Program-made: the position numbers and the translations under genes
The notes under the pieces: model-generated
What the model was told of the DNA's origin: nothing
Seen by the model: only the letters and a program-made list of their open reading frames with translations
The model's database searches: none
NCBI GenBank assembly: GCA_039026915.1
Contig: JBCCLJ010000008.1
Span: 102-64,101 of the forward strand
Source of the DNA: Acidobacteriota bacterium
GTDB lineage: Bacteria; Acidobacteriota; Thermoanaerobaculia; Multivoradales; Multivoraceae
Reading direction: 5' to 3'
Length of the DNA stretch: 64,000 bases
Shown: in pieces, positions 54,300-64,000 of the stretch
How positions within the stretch are numbered: position 1 is the first letter of the stretch
Layout of the letters: each line of letters starts with the position of its first letter

Positions 54300-55210
54300 C
54301 GTCTGCGGAAAAACCCAGGGTCGGCATGCTCTACAGCCGCGTGCGAGCCGAGGAGAAGCTCCTTCTCCAAGCCTTCGACTCGCGCGGCATCGAGGTCGAG
54401 CTGCTCGACGATCGCCAGCTCGTCTTCGACCTCACGGCGAGCGGTGAAGGAGAGCGCACGGCGGGCTTCGACGTCATCGTCGAGCGCTGTATCAACCACT
54501 CGAGGGCCCTGAGCAGTCTGCAGGTGCTGCAAGGCCGGGGCGCGGCGACCGTCAATTCGGCGCACGTCGCCGAGACCTGCGGCAGCAAGCTGCTGACGAC
54601 GAACGCTCTCGCGCAGCACGCGGTGCCGCAGCCCCGCACTCTGGTGGCCTACACGCCGAAGAGTGCGCTCGAAGCGATCGAGGAGATCGGCTATCCGGTC
54701 GTCATGAAGCCCGCGGTCGGCTCGTGGGGGCGTCTCCTGGCGAAACTCAACGATCGCGATGCGGCCGAGGCCGTGCTCGAGCACAAGGAGATCCTCGGCA
54801 CCTACCACCACAGCGTCTTCTACATCCAGGAGTACATCGCCAAGCCGGAGCGCGACATCCGCTCCTTCGTCATCGGCGATGAGACGATCGCGGCGATCTA
54901 CCGCCGTTCTCCCCACTGGATCACCAACACCGCACGCGGCGGCGAGGCGAGCGGTCTCCCGGTCGACGACGAGCTGAACGCCATCTCGCAGGCAGCCGCG
55001 CGCGCCGTCGGTGGTGGTGTCGTCGCGGTCGACCTCGTCGAAGATCCGGAGCGCGGGTTGCTCGTGCTGGAGGTGAACTACACGATGGAGTTCCGCAACA
55101 GCATCACGACGACGGGCGTCGACATCCCGCAGCGCGTCGTCGACTTCACCCTCGACGTGGCAGAGCGCGGGTGGGACGCCGCCAACGGACGCGCCGAGGT
55201 GGTCGCGTGA
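54296..55210 (+). CDS. lysX: Alpha-aminoadipate--LysW ligase (ATP-grasp)
   Basis: 'RVRAEEKLL', [48 protein letters not shown]; ATG overlaps lysW stop. Confidence 0.95.
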   Translation: MTSAEKPRVGMLYSRVRAEEKLLLQAFDSRGIEVELLDDRQLVFDLTASGEGERTAGFDVIVERCINHSRALSSLQVLQGRGAATVNSAHVAETCGSKLLTTNALAQHAVPQPRTLVAYTPKSALEAIEEIGYPVVMKPAVGSWGRLLAKLNDRDAAEAVLEHKEILGTYHHSVFYIQEYIAKPERDIRSFVIGDETIAAIYRRSPHWITNTARGGEASGLPVDDELNAISQAAARAVGGGVVAVDLVEDPERGLLVLEVNYTMEFRNSITTTGVDIPQRVVDFTLDVAERGWDAANGRAEVVA

Positions 55211-56271
55211 CGGGAGCTCCCACTTCCCGAGTTTCGATTCTGGGCGCTTCCGGCTACGTCGGGGGAGAGCTGCTGCGGCTCTTGCTGCAGCATCCGGGCG
55301 TCGAGGTGGCCCAGGTGACGTCGGAACGCTCGGCCGGGCAGTTCGTTCACTTCGTCCATCCGAATCTGCGGGGGCTGACTCCGCTGCAGTTCGTCACCTC
55401 GGACGAGCTCGAGCGCTGCGACGTTCTGTTTTCGGCTTTGCCGCACGGTCAGCTCATGGCGCGCATCGACGAGTTGTCGGAGCGGGCAGAGCGGATCGTC
55501 GATCTGTCGGCAGACTTCCGGTTGCGGGGCGCCGAGCAGTACGAGCGTTGGTACGGCCGCGAGCATGCGGCGCCGGCCTGGCTCGACCGCTTCGTCTACG
55601 GCCTCCCCGAAGTGCATCGTGAGGAGCTGTGCGGTGCCCGCTACGCCAGCGGTGTCGGCTGCAACGCGACGGCGACGAACCTGGCTCTGTTGCCGCTCGT
55701 CAGCGCCGATCTCGTCGACTGGTCCCGCGGTTGCGTGGTCGAGGTCAAGGTCGGCAGCAGCGAGGGAGGTAACAAGGAGTCGCTCGCGACCCACCATCCG
55801 GAGCGCTCGTCGGTCGTGCGGAGCTTCGCCCCGGTAGGGCACCGCCACACGGCCGAAGTCGAGCAGGTCTTCGGAGCGCACGGCGTGCGGAACGCAGAGG
55901 TACATCTCAGCGCCACGGCGATCGACCTCGTACGCGGTGTGCTCGCGACCGCGCACGTCTTCCTGCAGGACGGAGTGCAGGAGCGCGACGTTGCCCGTGC
56001 TGTCCGCGGCCGCTATCGAGATGAGCCCTTCGTGCGCGTCGTCAAGCAGAACCGCGGCGTCTATCGCTACCCTGAGCCGAAGCTGCTCTGGGGCAGCAAC
56101 TACGCCGACGTCGGTTGGGCGGTCGACGAAGAACGTGGCCGTCTCGTCATGATCTCGGCGATCGACAACCTGATGAAAGGGGCGGCCGGCTCGGCGGTCC
56201 AGTCGATGAACCTGATGCTCGGCCTGCCGGAGGTCGAGGGGCTCGGATTTCCCGGGCTGCACCCGATCTGA
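55207..56271 (+). CDS. lysY: LysW-aminoadipyl-phosphate reductase (ArgC homolog)
   Basis: [60 protein letters not shown]. Confidence 0.92.
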   Translation: MTGAPTSRVSILGASGYVGGELLRLLLQHPGVEVAQVTSERSAGQFVHFVHPNLRGLTPLQFVTSDELERCDVLFSALPHGQLMARIDELSERAERIVDLSADFRLRGAEQYERWYGREHAAPAWLDRFVYGLPEVHREELCGARYASGVGCNATATNLALLPLVSADLVDWSRGCVVEVKVGSSEGGNKESLATHHPERSSVVRSFAPVGHRHTAEVEQVFGAHGVRNAEVHLSATAIDLVRGVLATAHVFLQDGVQERDVARAVRGRYRDEPFVRVVKQNRGVYRYPEPKLLWGSNYADVGWAVDEERGRLVMISAIDNLMKGAAGSAVQSMNLMLGLPEVEGLGFPGLHPI

Positions 56272-56291
56272 TCGCACGCGAGGATTCCTTC

Positions 56292-57122
56292 ATGCAACAG
56301 CGAGATGAAACCCTGGCGCCGCTCGTCATCAAGGTAGGTGGCGGCGAAAACCTGGATCACGATGCGGTCGTCGCCGACGTCGTGCGCCTGCGACGGGCGG
56401 GGCGCGAGGTCGTTCTGGTGCACGGTGGCGCCGAAACGACGAATCGGATCGCGACCGACCTCGGACACCCACCCGAGTTCGTGACGAGTGAGAGCGGCGT
56501 CGAGAGCCGCCGCACCGACCGCCGCACGCTCGAGATCTTCGAGATGGTCTACTGCGGTCTTCTGAACAAGCGGTGGGTCGAGCGTTTCCAGGGCGCCGGC
56601 GTCAACGCCGTCGGGCTCAGCGGGCTCGACGGTCGACTCTTCGAAGGCCGCCGGAAAGACAAACTACGAGTGCGCCGCAATGGCAAGCGCATGGTCCTGC
56701 GCGACGACTGGACCGGCACGGTCGAGCACGTCAACGTGGGCCTCGTCCGAACGCTCCTCGACGGCGGCTACCTGCCGGTCATCACGCCGCCAGGCTCCTC
56801 GACGGAGGGCGAGGCGATCAACGTCGACGGCGATCGTGCGGCCGCCGCGCTCGCCGTGGCTCTCGAGGCCGAGACTCTGCTCATCCTCAGCAACGTGCCG
56901 GGCCTGCTCGCCGACTTTCCCGACGAGAGCTCGTTGATCTCCGAGGTCGAAGCGCGGCGGATTGAAGACGTCGGCGAGGCCGCACTCGGACGCATGAAGA
57001 AGAAGGTCATGGGCGCCGCTGAAGCGGTGGAGGGCGGCGTGGGACGGGTCATCTTCGGTGACGGTCGTCTCGAAGAGCCCGTGCGGGTGGCGCTCGACGG
57101 CGGGGGCACGCACATCCGATGA
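56292..57122 (+). CDS. lysZ: LysW-aminoadipate kinase (ArgB homolog)
   Basis: VIKVGG, LVHGG, 'SR.TD', GLSGLDG, NVDGDRAAA, LSNVPGLL, GRMKKKV. Confidence 0.92.
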   Translation: MQQRDETLAPLVIKVGGGENLDHDAVVADVVRLRRAGREVVLVHGGAETTNRIATDLGHPPEFVTSESGVESRRTDRRTLEIFEMVYCGLLNKRWVERFQGAGVNAVGLSGLDGRLFEGRRKDKLRVRRNGKRMVLRDDWTGTVEHVNVGLVRTLLDGGYLPVITPPGSSTEGEAINVDGDRAAAALAVALEAETLLILSNVPGLLADFPDESSLISEVEARRIEDVGEAALGRMKKKVMGAAEAVEGGVGRVIFGDGRLEEPVRVALDGGGTHIR

Positions 57123-58324
57123 GTGAGTCACACGCAGAGAGGCCGCCGGCGGTTGCGATCGGCGAGACCGAGGCGATGGGGCGCTGGATCCCCCGACGCC
57201 CCGTGGGCGCGATCGAGCGCGGCGAGGGCAGCTGGCTGATCACCGAGGAGGGCGAGCGCCTCCTCGACCTGACCAGTGGCTATGGCACCGCGCCACTCGG
57301 CCACGCCGATCCGGTGCTCGCTGGTGCGCTTGCGCAGCAGTCGCAGCGGCTGTGGTCGGCGCCGAGCTTTCTGCGCGCCGCGCCGCGCGCGTCGTATCTG
57401 CAGGCGTTGACGTCCATCCTGCCCGGCGGTCTCGATCGCGTCTTCTTGACCAACAGCGGAACGGAGTCGATCGAGGCGGGCCTCAAGCTTGCGCGCCTGG
57501 CGACAGGTCGTGCGGGGATCGTCGCCCTGCGCCAAGGTTTCCACGGCCGTACGCTCGGTGCTTTGGCGCTGACGTCGAACGCCGCCGCACGCCGGCCCGA
57601 GGAGGTGCTCGCCTCGAACGAGGTGCGCTTCGTGCCCCGGGACGACATCGCTGCCTTGGACGAAGCGGTCGACGACGCCGTCGCGGCAGTCGTCGTGGAG
57701 GTGATTCAGGGAGAGGGCGGCGTGCATCCCTGCGCCGAGGACTTTCTGGTCGCTGCGCGGCGACTGAGCCGCGAGCGCGGAGCGCTCCTTCTCGTCGACG
57801 AGATCCAGACCGGGATGGCGCGTACGGGACCCCTCTTCGCCAGCGCTCCCTACGAGCCCGATCTGCTGGCGCTCGCCAAAGGACTCGGCGGTGGCTTTCC
57901 GCTCGGCGCTCTGGCGTACACACAGCACGTCGAGGAGCAGCTCAAACCGGGTGCCCACGGATCGACGTTCGGCGGCAACGCGCTGGCCTGCGCCTGTGGC
58001 GAAGCGCTGCTGCAGGTCTTCCGAGACGACGACGTGCCGTCTCGCGTGAGCGAGCAGGGGCGGTGGCTCGGAGAGCGCTTGGCCGAGCTCGCCGAGGCGG
58101 TGCCGATGGTGCGGGAGGTGCGCGGGCGGGGACTGATGTGGGGCCTTCAGCTGCGCCGTCGGCCCGGCGCAGCCATTGCCGCGCTGGCGCGGGATCACGG
58201 GGTCCTCGTGCTGCCGGCCGGGGGCAACGTGATCCGACTTCTGCCGCCGCTCAATGTCAGCCGGGAGGAGTTGGAGATCGGGCTCGACGCTCTGCGCGCC
58301 GTGTTGACGGAGGCGGTCCCGTGA
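57119..58324 (+). CDS. lysJ: LysW-lysine aminotransferase (class III, ArgD homolog)
   Basis: NSGTESIEA..K, FHGRTLG, IQGEGG, DEIQTG..RTG, AKGLGGG, HGSTFGGN, IRLLPPL. Confidence 0.9.
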   Translation: MSESHAERPPAVAIGETEAMGRWIPRRPVGAIERGEGSWLITEEGERLLDLTSGYGTAPLGHADPVLAGALAQQSQRLWSAPSFLRAAPRASYLQALTSILPGGLDRVFLTNSGTESIEAGLKLARLATGRAGIVALRQGFHGRTLGALALTSNAAARRPEEVLASNEVRFVPRDDIAALDEAVDDAVAAVVVEVIQGEGGVHPCAEDFLVAARRLSRERGALLLVDEIQTGMARTGPLFASAPYEPDLLALAKGLGGGFPLGALAYTQHVEEQLKPGAHGSTFGGNALACACGEALLQVFRDDDVPSRVSEQGRWLGERLAELAEAVPMVREVRGRGLMWGLQLRRRPGAAIAALARDHGVLVLPAGGNVIRLLPPLNVSREELEIGLDALRAVLTEAVP

Positions 58325-59541
58325 GCGGCAGGTCGAGGATCGCCCGGCTCCTGCACGACCTGGTCGATGTGCCGTCCGTCTCCGGCGAGGAGGAGGCGGC
58401 CAGCCGGTTTCTGGTCGGTGAGATGCGGGACCTGGGTTTCGACCGCGCGTTCGTCGACGACGTCGGCAACGCGGTGGGAGAGATCGGATCGCCGGAAGCT
58501 GCGCGGACGGTCGTGCTCCTCGGACATATCGATACGGTCCCCGGCGACATCGCAGTGCGCTTCGAAGGAAGCGGCGACGAGGAGGTGCTGCGCGGTCGCG
58601 GCACGGTCGATGCGAAGGGGCCGCTGGCGACGTTCGCCGTAGCGACGTCCGCCGTCGACCGCGATCTCCTGCGACGGGCCGACGCTCGCTTCATCGTCGC
58701 CGGCGCCGTCGAGGAGGAATCGGCGACGAGTCGCGGGGCTCGTGCGCTGCGGGATCGCTTTGACGGCGTCCGAGAGCCAAAGCCCGCTGCCTGTGTTATC
58801 GGCGAGCCGAGCCGCTTCGATCGCGTCACGCTCGGGTACAAAGGCAGGGTGCTGCTCGAGGCACGCGCAGAGAACGAGCTCGCACACACGGCGGGGCCGG
58901 ATCCAGGCATCGCGGTGCAGCTGGTCGAACTGTGGAATCTCCTCGAAGCGGCGTCCGCCAAGGCCAGCCCCGACGAGGCGCGGGCCTTCGATCAGGTGCA
59001 ACCGAGCCTGCGGTCCCTGCGGAGTGGCCTCGAGGACGGCTTCGTCTCCTGGGCGGAGGCCTCCTTCGGCGTGCGGCTACCGACGGGGTTCGACCTCGAT
59101 TCCTTTCTCAGCAGGGTTCTCGAGGACTGGACTGCCGTCGCGGCGCGGCGCGAGCAGGTCGATGCTCCGCCCACGCCGCAACTCACCCTCGCCCAAGGAG
59201 CGTCCTCCCTGCAGTGGCAGGTCGGTGAGCGCTCGCTGGAGCTTCGGGCGCACGGCTACGAGCCCGCTTGGCGCAGCGGACGCGCCAACGAGCTGGTGCG
59301 CTCGTTCCAGCGATCGATTCGGGCGGCCGGGCATCGCCCGGGCTTCGTCGTCAAGACCGGAACCAGCGACATGAACGTCGTGGGTCCTGCATGGCAATGT
59401 CCGATCCTGGCGTATGGGCCGGGCGACAGCTCGCTCGATCACACCCCGCACGAGCACGTCTTCGTGCGCGAGTTGGAACAGGCCGTCGAGGTGTTGACCG
59501 GAGCTCTGGAAGTGCTGCTCGAGGGCTGGTCCCCCGAGTGA
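58321..59541 (+). CDS. lysK: LysW-lysine hydrolase (M20, ArgE homolog)
   Basis: PSVSGEE, LLGHIDTVPG, GRGTVDAKGPL, VEEE, IGEPS, LGYKG, KTGTSDMN, YGPGDSSLDHTP.E; GTG overlaps lysJ stop. Confidence 0.93.
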   Translation: MSGRSRIARLLHDLVDVPSVSGEEEAASRFLVGEMRDLGFDRAFVDDVGNAVGEIGSPEAARTVVLLGHIDTVPGDIAVRFEGSGDEEVLRGRGTVDAKGPLATFAVATSAVDRDLLRRADARFIVAGAVEEESATSRGARALRDRFDGVREPKPAACVIGEPSRFDRVTLGYKGRVLLEARAENELAHTAGPDPGIAVQLVELWNLLEAASAKASPDEARAFDQVQPSLRSLRSGLEDGFVSWAEASFGVRLPTGFDLDSFLSRVLEDWTAVAARREQVDAPPTPQLTLAQGASSLQWQVGERSLELRAHGYEPAWRSGRANELVRSFQRSIRAAGHRPGFVVKTGTSDMNVVGPAWQCPILAYGPGDSSLDHTPHEHVFVRELEQAVEVLTGALEVLLEGWSPE

Positions 59542-59577
59542 CGGGGCCCCGAGTGACGGCGCGCCGCCCTGACGACG

Positions 59578-59967
59578 TCAGGCGGTGGCGACGGTGCGGC
59601 GCTGCAGCAGGTGCGAGCTGACGAAACCGGCGGCGAAGATCGCTGAACAGTTCAGCAGCAGAGACCACGGAGCAAGCGCCGTGCTGGCGCTCCAGCCGAG
59701 CCAGAGGAGCCCCCAGAGCGCGACGCCCGCTGCAGCGCCGGTCAGGAGCTGAAGGCGCTCGCTGGCGGGCGGAGCCGAGGCCGCGAGCAGGCTGCCAACG
59801 GCAAAGATCAGTGTGAAGAGGATCGTCGTCACCAGGCTGTCGAGGAGCTCGCCGGTGAGGAGTCGCGGATCGATGCCTTCGAGGTGCTTCAGGGTCACCG
59901 GAGTCAGGGTGACGACGAAGAAGCCGAGCGACCGAACCAGCAGGCTGTAGGGGGCCTTTCTGTTCAA
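59578..59967 (-). CDS. Small hypothetical membrane protein (about 4 TM)
   Basis: Hydrophobic ORF; TTG start just downstream of the 55-aa gene; start uncertain. Confidence 0.5.
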   Translation of the reverse strand: MNRKAPYSLLVRSLGFFVVTLTPVTLKHLEGIDPRLLTGELLDSLVTTILFTLIFAVGSLLAASAPPASERLQLLTGAAAGVALWGLLWLGWSASTALAPWSLLLNCSAIFAAGFVSSHLLQRRTVATA

Positions 59968-59974
59968 GACGATC

Positions 59975-60142
59975 TCAGGCCTTGGGCTTGCGCAGGCCGG
60001 TGGCGAGGAGCGCAACGGCGAAGAGCCCGAGTCCGACGCGCGGGATCAGGGGCAGCTCGAAGTAGGGCACGTTGGCTGCGAGAGCCGCGACGAAGAGCAG
60101 GAGCATCCAGGTCGGAACGGGTTTCGTGGCGGTATCGGTCAT
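59975..60142 (-). CDS. 55-aa small membrane protein (two hydrophobic segments, basic tail)
   Basis: MTDTATKPVPTWMLLLFVAALAANVPYFELPLIPRVGLGLFAVALLATGLRKPKA*; GC3-rich codons; TATGCT 6 nt upstream; not in the ORF track. Confidence 0.6.
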   Translation of the reverse strand: MTDTATKPVPTWMLLLFVAALAANVPYFELPLIPRVGLGLFAVALLATGLRKPKA

Positions 60143-60197
60143 GGTCGCAGCATACCAGCGGTGCGCGGGGCATTTCGGTCGAAGAATCGGGGTGAGC

Positions 60198-61565
60198 TCA
60201 GAAGACCAGGTGAGCGCCGGCGGCGGCGATCGGCAGGGTGATCACCGTGCGCACGAGGAAGACCCCGACAAGGTCGAGCATGCGAAAAGGCAGCGCTGAA
60301 CGCAGCAGAATGACGCCGACTTCGGACAGGTAGATCAGCTGGTTGACCGCCGTGCACGCGACGACGAAGCGCGTCGCCTCGCTCTCGATCGAGCGGCCGA
60401 GCACCGCGGGCAGGAACTGATCGGCGAAGCCCACGACCATCGCCGGGGCGGCAGCGCCCGCCTCCGGCAGGCCGAGAAGCTGGAGGATTGGCACGAACGG
60501 TAGGCCCAGCCAGCGAAAGAGGGGCGTCGTCTCGGCGACGGCGATGGCGCCCGTGCCGATGAGGGCTACCATCGGCAGCAGGCCGAGCCAGATGTCGAGC
60601 ACCTGCAGGCCGGCACGCCGCAGAAGTGATGAAAGGCTCGGACTCTTGCTCGCCTTGGCCAGCGCCTCCGCCAGCGGCGAGGCGACGCGCTCACCCCGCC
60701 CTCCGGAGCGCCGCGGCGGAAGCTCACGCAGACGGCCGTCGAGATAGTCGTCTGCTTTGCTGCGCAGCGGTGGCAGAAAGGGGCAGAGCAGAGCGGCCAC
60801 GAGGCCGCAGACGATGACCGTCAGGTAGTACGGAATGAACTGCTCGCCGAGGCCGACGAAGTCGACGATGACGTAGGCGAACGGAACCGAGACGACCGAG
60901 AACGAGCCTGCGATCACCATCGCTTCGCGCCGCGTGTAGGCCCCCTGCTCATACTGGTTCGCCGTGATCAACACGCCGACGGAAGCGGCTCCCAGCCACG
61001 ACGCCAGCGCGTCGATGGCGGAGCGGCCCGGCAGTCCGAAGACCGGACGAAAGATCGGAGACAGCAAGCCCCCAGCGAACTCCATGAGCCCATAGTCCGT
61101 GAGGCACGGCACGATGAAGGCGGCCGCGAAGAGGATCAGGAAGACGAGCGGCAGAAGGTCCCCGAAGATGACCCCGCCGGTGGCCGGTCCGACGAGCCAA
61201 GACGGCCCGCGCTGCAGGAGAACGAGCGCCGCGATGACGGCTCCGGCACAGCGCATGGCCGTGACCAGCGCGCCGGGGCGGAGGATCGGGCCGAGGACGC
61301 CGTCCAGCGCGCGCCAGCTCGAAAGTGGAGGCAGCCTCAGGAGCAGTGCCAGCGCGGCGGAGAGCACGATGACGACGGTGACGCTGATCTGCAGCGTCGG
61401 GCCGAGCGACGCCTTCGCCGCGTCGACGGCGTGGCCCAGCGCGATGCTGATCTTGCCGCCGAGAGGGAAGGGGATCAGCAGCAGGCCGGCGCCGAACGCC
61501 GAGGGCAGCAGGAAGCGGAGCCAGGCGCTGCTCGCGGTCGGAGTCTCGAGCTCGGTGGAAGACAT
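60198..61565 (-). CDS. YjiH-family (Gate-domain) membrane transporter
   Basis: 'LTDYGLMEF.G...P.FRP.F.LPGRSAIDALASWLG...VGVLIT..QY..G.YT.REA', 'GFADQFLP', 'QLIYLSEVG'. Confidence 0.85.
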   Translation of the reverse strand: MSSTELETPTASSAWLRFLLPSAFGAGLLLIPFPLGGKISIALGHAVDAAKASLGPTLQISVTVVIVLSAALALLLRLPPLSSWRALDGVLGPILRPGALVTAMRCAGAVIAALVLLQRGPSWLVGPATGGVIFGDLLPLVFLILFAAAFIVPCLTDYGLMEFAGGLLSPIFRPVFGLPGRSAIDALASWLGAASVGVLITANQYEQGAYTRREAMVIAGSFSVVSVPFAYVIVDFVGLGEQFIPYYLTVIVCGLVAALLCPFLPPLRSKADDYLDGRLRELPPRRSGGRGERVASPLAEALAKASKSPSLSSLLRRAGLQVLDIWLGLLPMVALIGTGAIAVAETTPLFRWLGLPFVPILQLLGLPEAGAAAPAMVVGFADQFLPAVLGRSIESEATRFVVACTAVNQLIYLSEVGVILLRSALPFRMLDLVGVFLVRTVITLPIAAAGAHLVF

Positions 61566-61652
61566 GGGGCGCAAGTGTAGTCCTTCAGGCCTCGGGAAGA
61601 AGGTCGGCTGCCGTAACATGACCTCTCACGACGCAACGCAGGAGGAAGGCAC

Positions 61653-62867
61653 ATGCCGGCACTGGAGGGGATGCGGATCCTCGACCTCACGCAGTACGAG
61701 TCGGGGACCGCCTGCACGCAGTCGCTCGCCTTCCTGGGCGCCGACGTCGTCAAGGTCGAGCGCCCGGGCACGGGCGATCCCGGTCGCGCCGTCGTCTCGC
61801 AGTTCGGCTTCGAGGACTCTCTCTACTTCCTCAACTGGAACGCCAACAAGAGATCGGTGACGCTGGCGCTCGAAACGAAGGCAGGTCGCGACGTGCTGCT
61901 CGACATGGTGCCGCACTACGACGTCTTCATCGAGAACTTCGGCCCCGGCGTCATCGACAAGCTCGACCTTGGCTACGACGTCGTGAGGTCGCGTCGCGAG
62001 GACGTTCTCTACGCCAGCATCAAGGGCTTCGGCGACGACGGGCCGTACGCCGACTACAAGTGCTTCGACATGGTCGCGCAGGCGGCAGCCGGGGCCTTCT
62101 CGGTCACGGGTGATGCCGACGGGCCGCCGATGCGTCCGGGCCCGACGACCGGCGACTCGGGGACCGGGGTGCAGATGGCGCTCGCGATCACCGCCGCGTA
62201 CGTCCAGCGACTGCGGACGGGAGAGGGTCAGTACATCGAGCTGTCGATGCAGGAGGCGATGACCTACTTCATGCGCACGGCGATCGCCATGGGCACCGAC
62301 TGGGGGCGTCAGGCGGCGCCTCGCCAGGGCAGCGACTTCGGACCTCTCGTTTCGCTCTACGCCTGCAAGCCGTTCGGTCCCAACGACTACGTCTACATCA
62401 TGGCGCCGACGGATCGAATGTGGGAGGCCCTGGCGCACACGATCGGTCGGCAAGAGCTGATCGAGGACGAGCGCTTCGCCACGGGGCGGGGCCGGTTCGA
62501 ACATCGCGAAGAGCTCTCCGAGGCGATCGGCACCTGGTGCTCTCGCCTCGACAAGCACGAGGCGATGCGCGCGCTGGCGGAAGCCGGAGTTCCTGCGAGC
62601 AAGGTCTTCGACACGATGGATCTGTTGGACGATCCGCACCTCAACGAACGAGGCTTCATCGAGACGGTCGAGCACCCCGTGCAGGGCGCGGTGCGCGTGC
62701 TGGGCTGGCCGGCGCGCCTGTCCAAGAGCTCGGTCGGTCTCACTCTGTCGCCGTCGCTCGGTGAGCACACCGACGCGGTGGTCGCCGAAGATCTCGGTCT
62801 TCGGTCCGAGCAGGTCGAAGCGCTCCGGCGAGAGGGTGCCTTCGGCCCGTCGAAGGGAAAGGCCTGA
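61653..62867 (+). CDS. Family III CoA-transferase, formyl-CoA transferase (Frc)-like
   Basis: 'ILDLTQYESG..CTQ.LA.LGADVVKVERPG.GD..R', 'YF...NANKRS', ENFGPG, SIKGFG, catalytic Asp in GDSGTG; AGGAGG RBS. Confidence 0.88.
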   Translation: MPALEGMRILDLTQYESGTACTQSLAFLGADVVKVERPGTGDPGRAVVSQFGFEDSLYFLNWNANKRSVTLALETKAGRDVLLDMVPHYDVFIENFGPGVIDKLDLGYDVVRSRREDVLYASIKGFGDDGPYADYKCFDMVAQAAAGAFSVTGDADGPPMRPGPTTGDSGTGVQMALAITAAYVQRLRTGEGQYIELSMQEAMTYFMRTAIAMGTDWGRQAAPRQGSDFGPLVSLYACKPFGPNDYVYIMAPTDRMWEALAHTIGRQELIEDERFATGRGRFEHREELSEAIGTWCSRLDKHEAMRALAEAGVPASKVFDTMDLLDDPHLNERGFIETVEHPVQGAVRVLGWPARLSKSSVGLTLSPSLGEHTDAVVAEDLGLRSEQVEALRREGAFGPSKGKA

Positions 62868-64000
62868 TGAGCGACGGCCCTCTCGAGTGCAGCGGCTCCG
62901 AGCTGGTCGCGCAGAGCCTGCGTTCGCAGAACGTCGATCACCTCTTCGGTGTCGTCGGCTTCCCGGTCTTCGGCATCGCCGCCGCCGCGCAGAAGCTGGG
63001 CATCAGCTATCTCGGCTTTCGCAACGAGCAGGCGGCGAGCTACGCCGCGGGCGTCGTCGGCTACCTGACCGGACGCCCCGGCGGCTGTCTCGCCGTCTCC
63101 GGGCCGGGCATGATCCACGCGACGGCCGGACTGGCCAATGCGCAGGCGAACTGCTGGCCGATGCTGTTGCTGGGCGGTGCCAACGACTCTTACCAGAACC
63201 AGAGGGGAGCCTTTCAGGAGGCGCCGCAGATCGAAGCGGCTCGGCCTTTCAGCAAGTGGGCGGCACGCCCCGACTCCTTTGCGCGAGTGCCGGAGTACGT
63301 GGAGCAGGCGGTACGTACGACGATCGCCGGCCGGCCGGGTGCCGCCTACCTCGATCTGCCGAACGACATCCTGACGGCGACCGGCGAGCTCCCCGCGCTG
63401 CCGGCCGCGGCGCAGCCTCCGCCTCCGTCCGCGGCGCTCGCCGAGGACGTCGACCGTGCCCTGAAGGCTCTGCGTTCGGCAAAGCGTCCGCTGGTGATCT
63501 TCGGCAAAGGCGCGGCCTACGCCCGCGCCGAGCGGGAGGCGCGCCAGCTCATCGAAGTCACCGGGCTGCCGTTCCTCCCGACGCCGATGGCCAAAGGACT
63601 CGTGCCCGACGACTCGGACCTGTCGGTCGCGTCGGCTCGCTCCTTTGCGCTGCAGAACGCCGATCTGGTGCTCCTGGTCGGCGCCCGCTTCAACTGGATC
63701 CTGCACTTCGGCAGGAGTCCTCGATTCGCCGACGCCGTGCGCGTCGTGCAGATCGACCTCTGTGCCGAGGAGATCGGCCACAGCGTGCCGACCGAGGTCG
63801 GTCTGGTGGGCGACGCTCGTACGATTCTGAGGCAGCTCGTCGAAGCTCTCGAGGCGGAGCCCTGGCGCTTCGACGGTGACGAGTGGCTCCGGGTGCTGGC
63901 GGACAACGCAGCGCAGAACCGGGCCGCCGTCGATGCGATGGTGCGCGACGAGCGCGAACCGATGGGGTACTACCGGGCGCTGCACGCCGTGGCGGAGCGT
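62867..64000 (+). CDS. ThDP-dependent lyase of the 2-hydroxyacyl-CoA lyase / oxalyl-CoA decarboxylase family (partial, runs off window)
   Basis: ATG overlaps upstream TGA; translation MSDGPLECSGSELVAQSL...FGVVGFPV...GFRNEQAASYAA..VGYLTGRPG.CL.VSGPGMIH...NAQANCWP...GAFQE.PQ...GRPG..YLDLP...PTPMAKG...GARFNWILHFG; absent from the ORF track because there is no stop in the window. Confidence 0.9.
   Translation, partial: MSDGPLECSGSELVAQSLRSQNVDHLFGVVGFPVFGIAAAAQKLGISYLGFRNEQAASYAAGVVGYLTGRPGGCLAVSGPGMIHATAGLANAQANCWPMLLLGGANDSYQNQRGAFQEAPQIEAARPFSKWAARPDSFARVPEYVEQAVRTTIAGRPGAAYLDLPNDILTATGELPALPAAAQPPPPSAALAEDVDRALKALRSAKRPLVIFGKGAAYARAEREARQLIEVTGLPFLPTPMAKGLVPDDSDLSVASARSFALQNADLVLLVGARFNWILHFGRSPRFADAVRVVQIDLCAEEIGHSVPTEVGLVGDARTILRQLVEALEAEPWRFDGDEWLRVLADNAAQNRAAVDAMVRDEREPMGYYRALHAVAER

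Noticed and set aside
57352-59541. 729-aa ORF suggesting a LysK fusion; likewise long N-terminal extensions of leuA, leuB, troB, ilvC, gcvP, amtB and hcs
   Set aside because: The extensions are low-complexity read-through of upstream DNA; downstream starts with an RBS, stop/start overlap or family-typical N-terminus fit better

Overview
High-GC (roughly two-thirds G+C by eye), gene-dense bacterial chromosomal segment. Gene content (Oar-type TonB-dependent receptor, CRTAC1/ASPIC-UnbV protein, TPR protein, Ser/Thr-kinase-like N-terminus) suggests an Acidobacteriota-like organism; this is inference, no marker gene is present. Main blocks: TPR-CRTAC1-TBDR module; troABCD-type Mn/Zn/Fe ABC operon whose permeases carry C-terminal DtxR/wHTH domains; ECF sigma/anti-sigma pair; lhr-nei DNA repair pair; a two-component system; a 161-bp structured tandem repeat; an ilvE-ilvBN-ilvC-leuACDB operon under a Leu/Val/Ile-rich leader-peptide attenuator; a SNF2 helicase; gcvP; a sigma54-type amtB-PII operon; a LysW-dependent alpha-aminoadipate lysine operon (no lysN) under a Lys-rich leader-peptide attenuator missed by the ORF track; and a family III CoA-transferase plus HACL/OXC-family lyase running off the right end. 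I recognised no rRNA, tRNA, CRISPR array, transposase or phage genes. The best leads are the two attenuators, the membrane-fused DtxR repressor with a matching operator palindrome, and the structured repeat array. All calls come from motif recognition by eye; no database searches were run.
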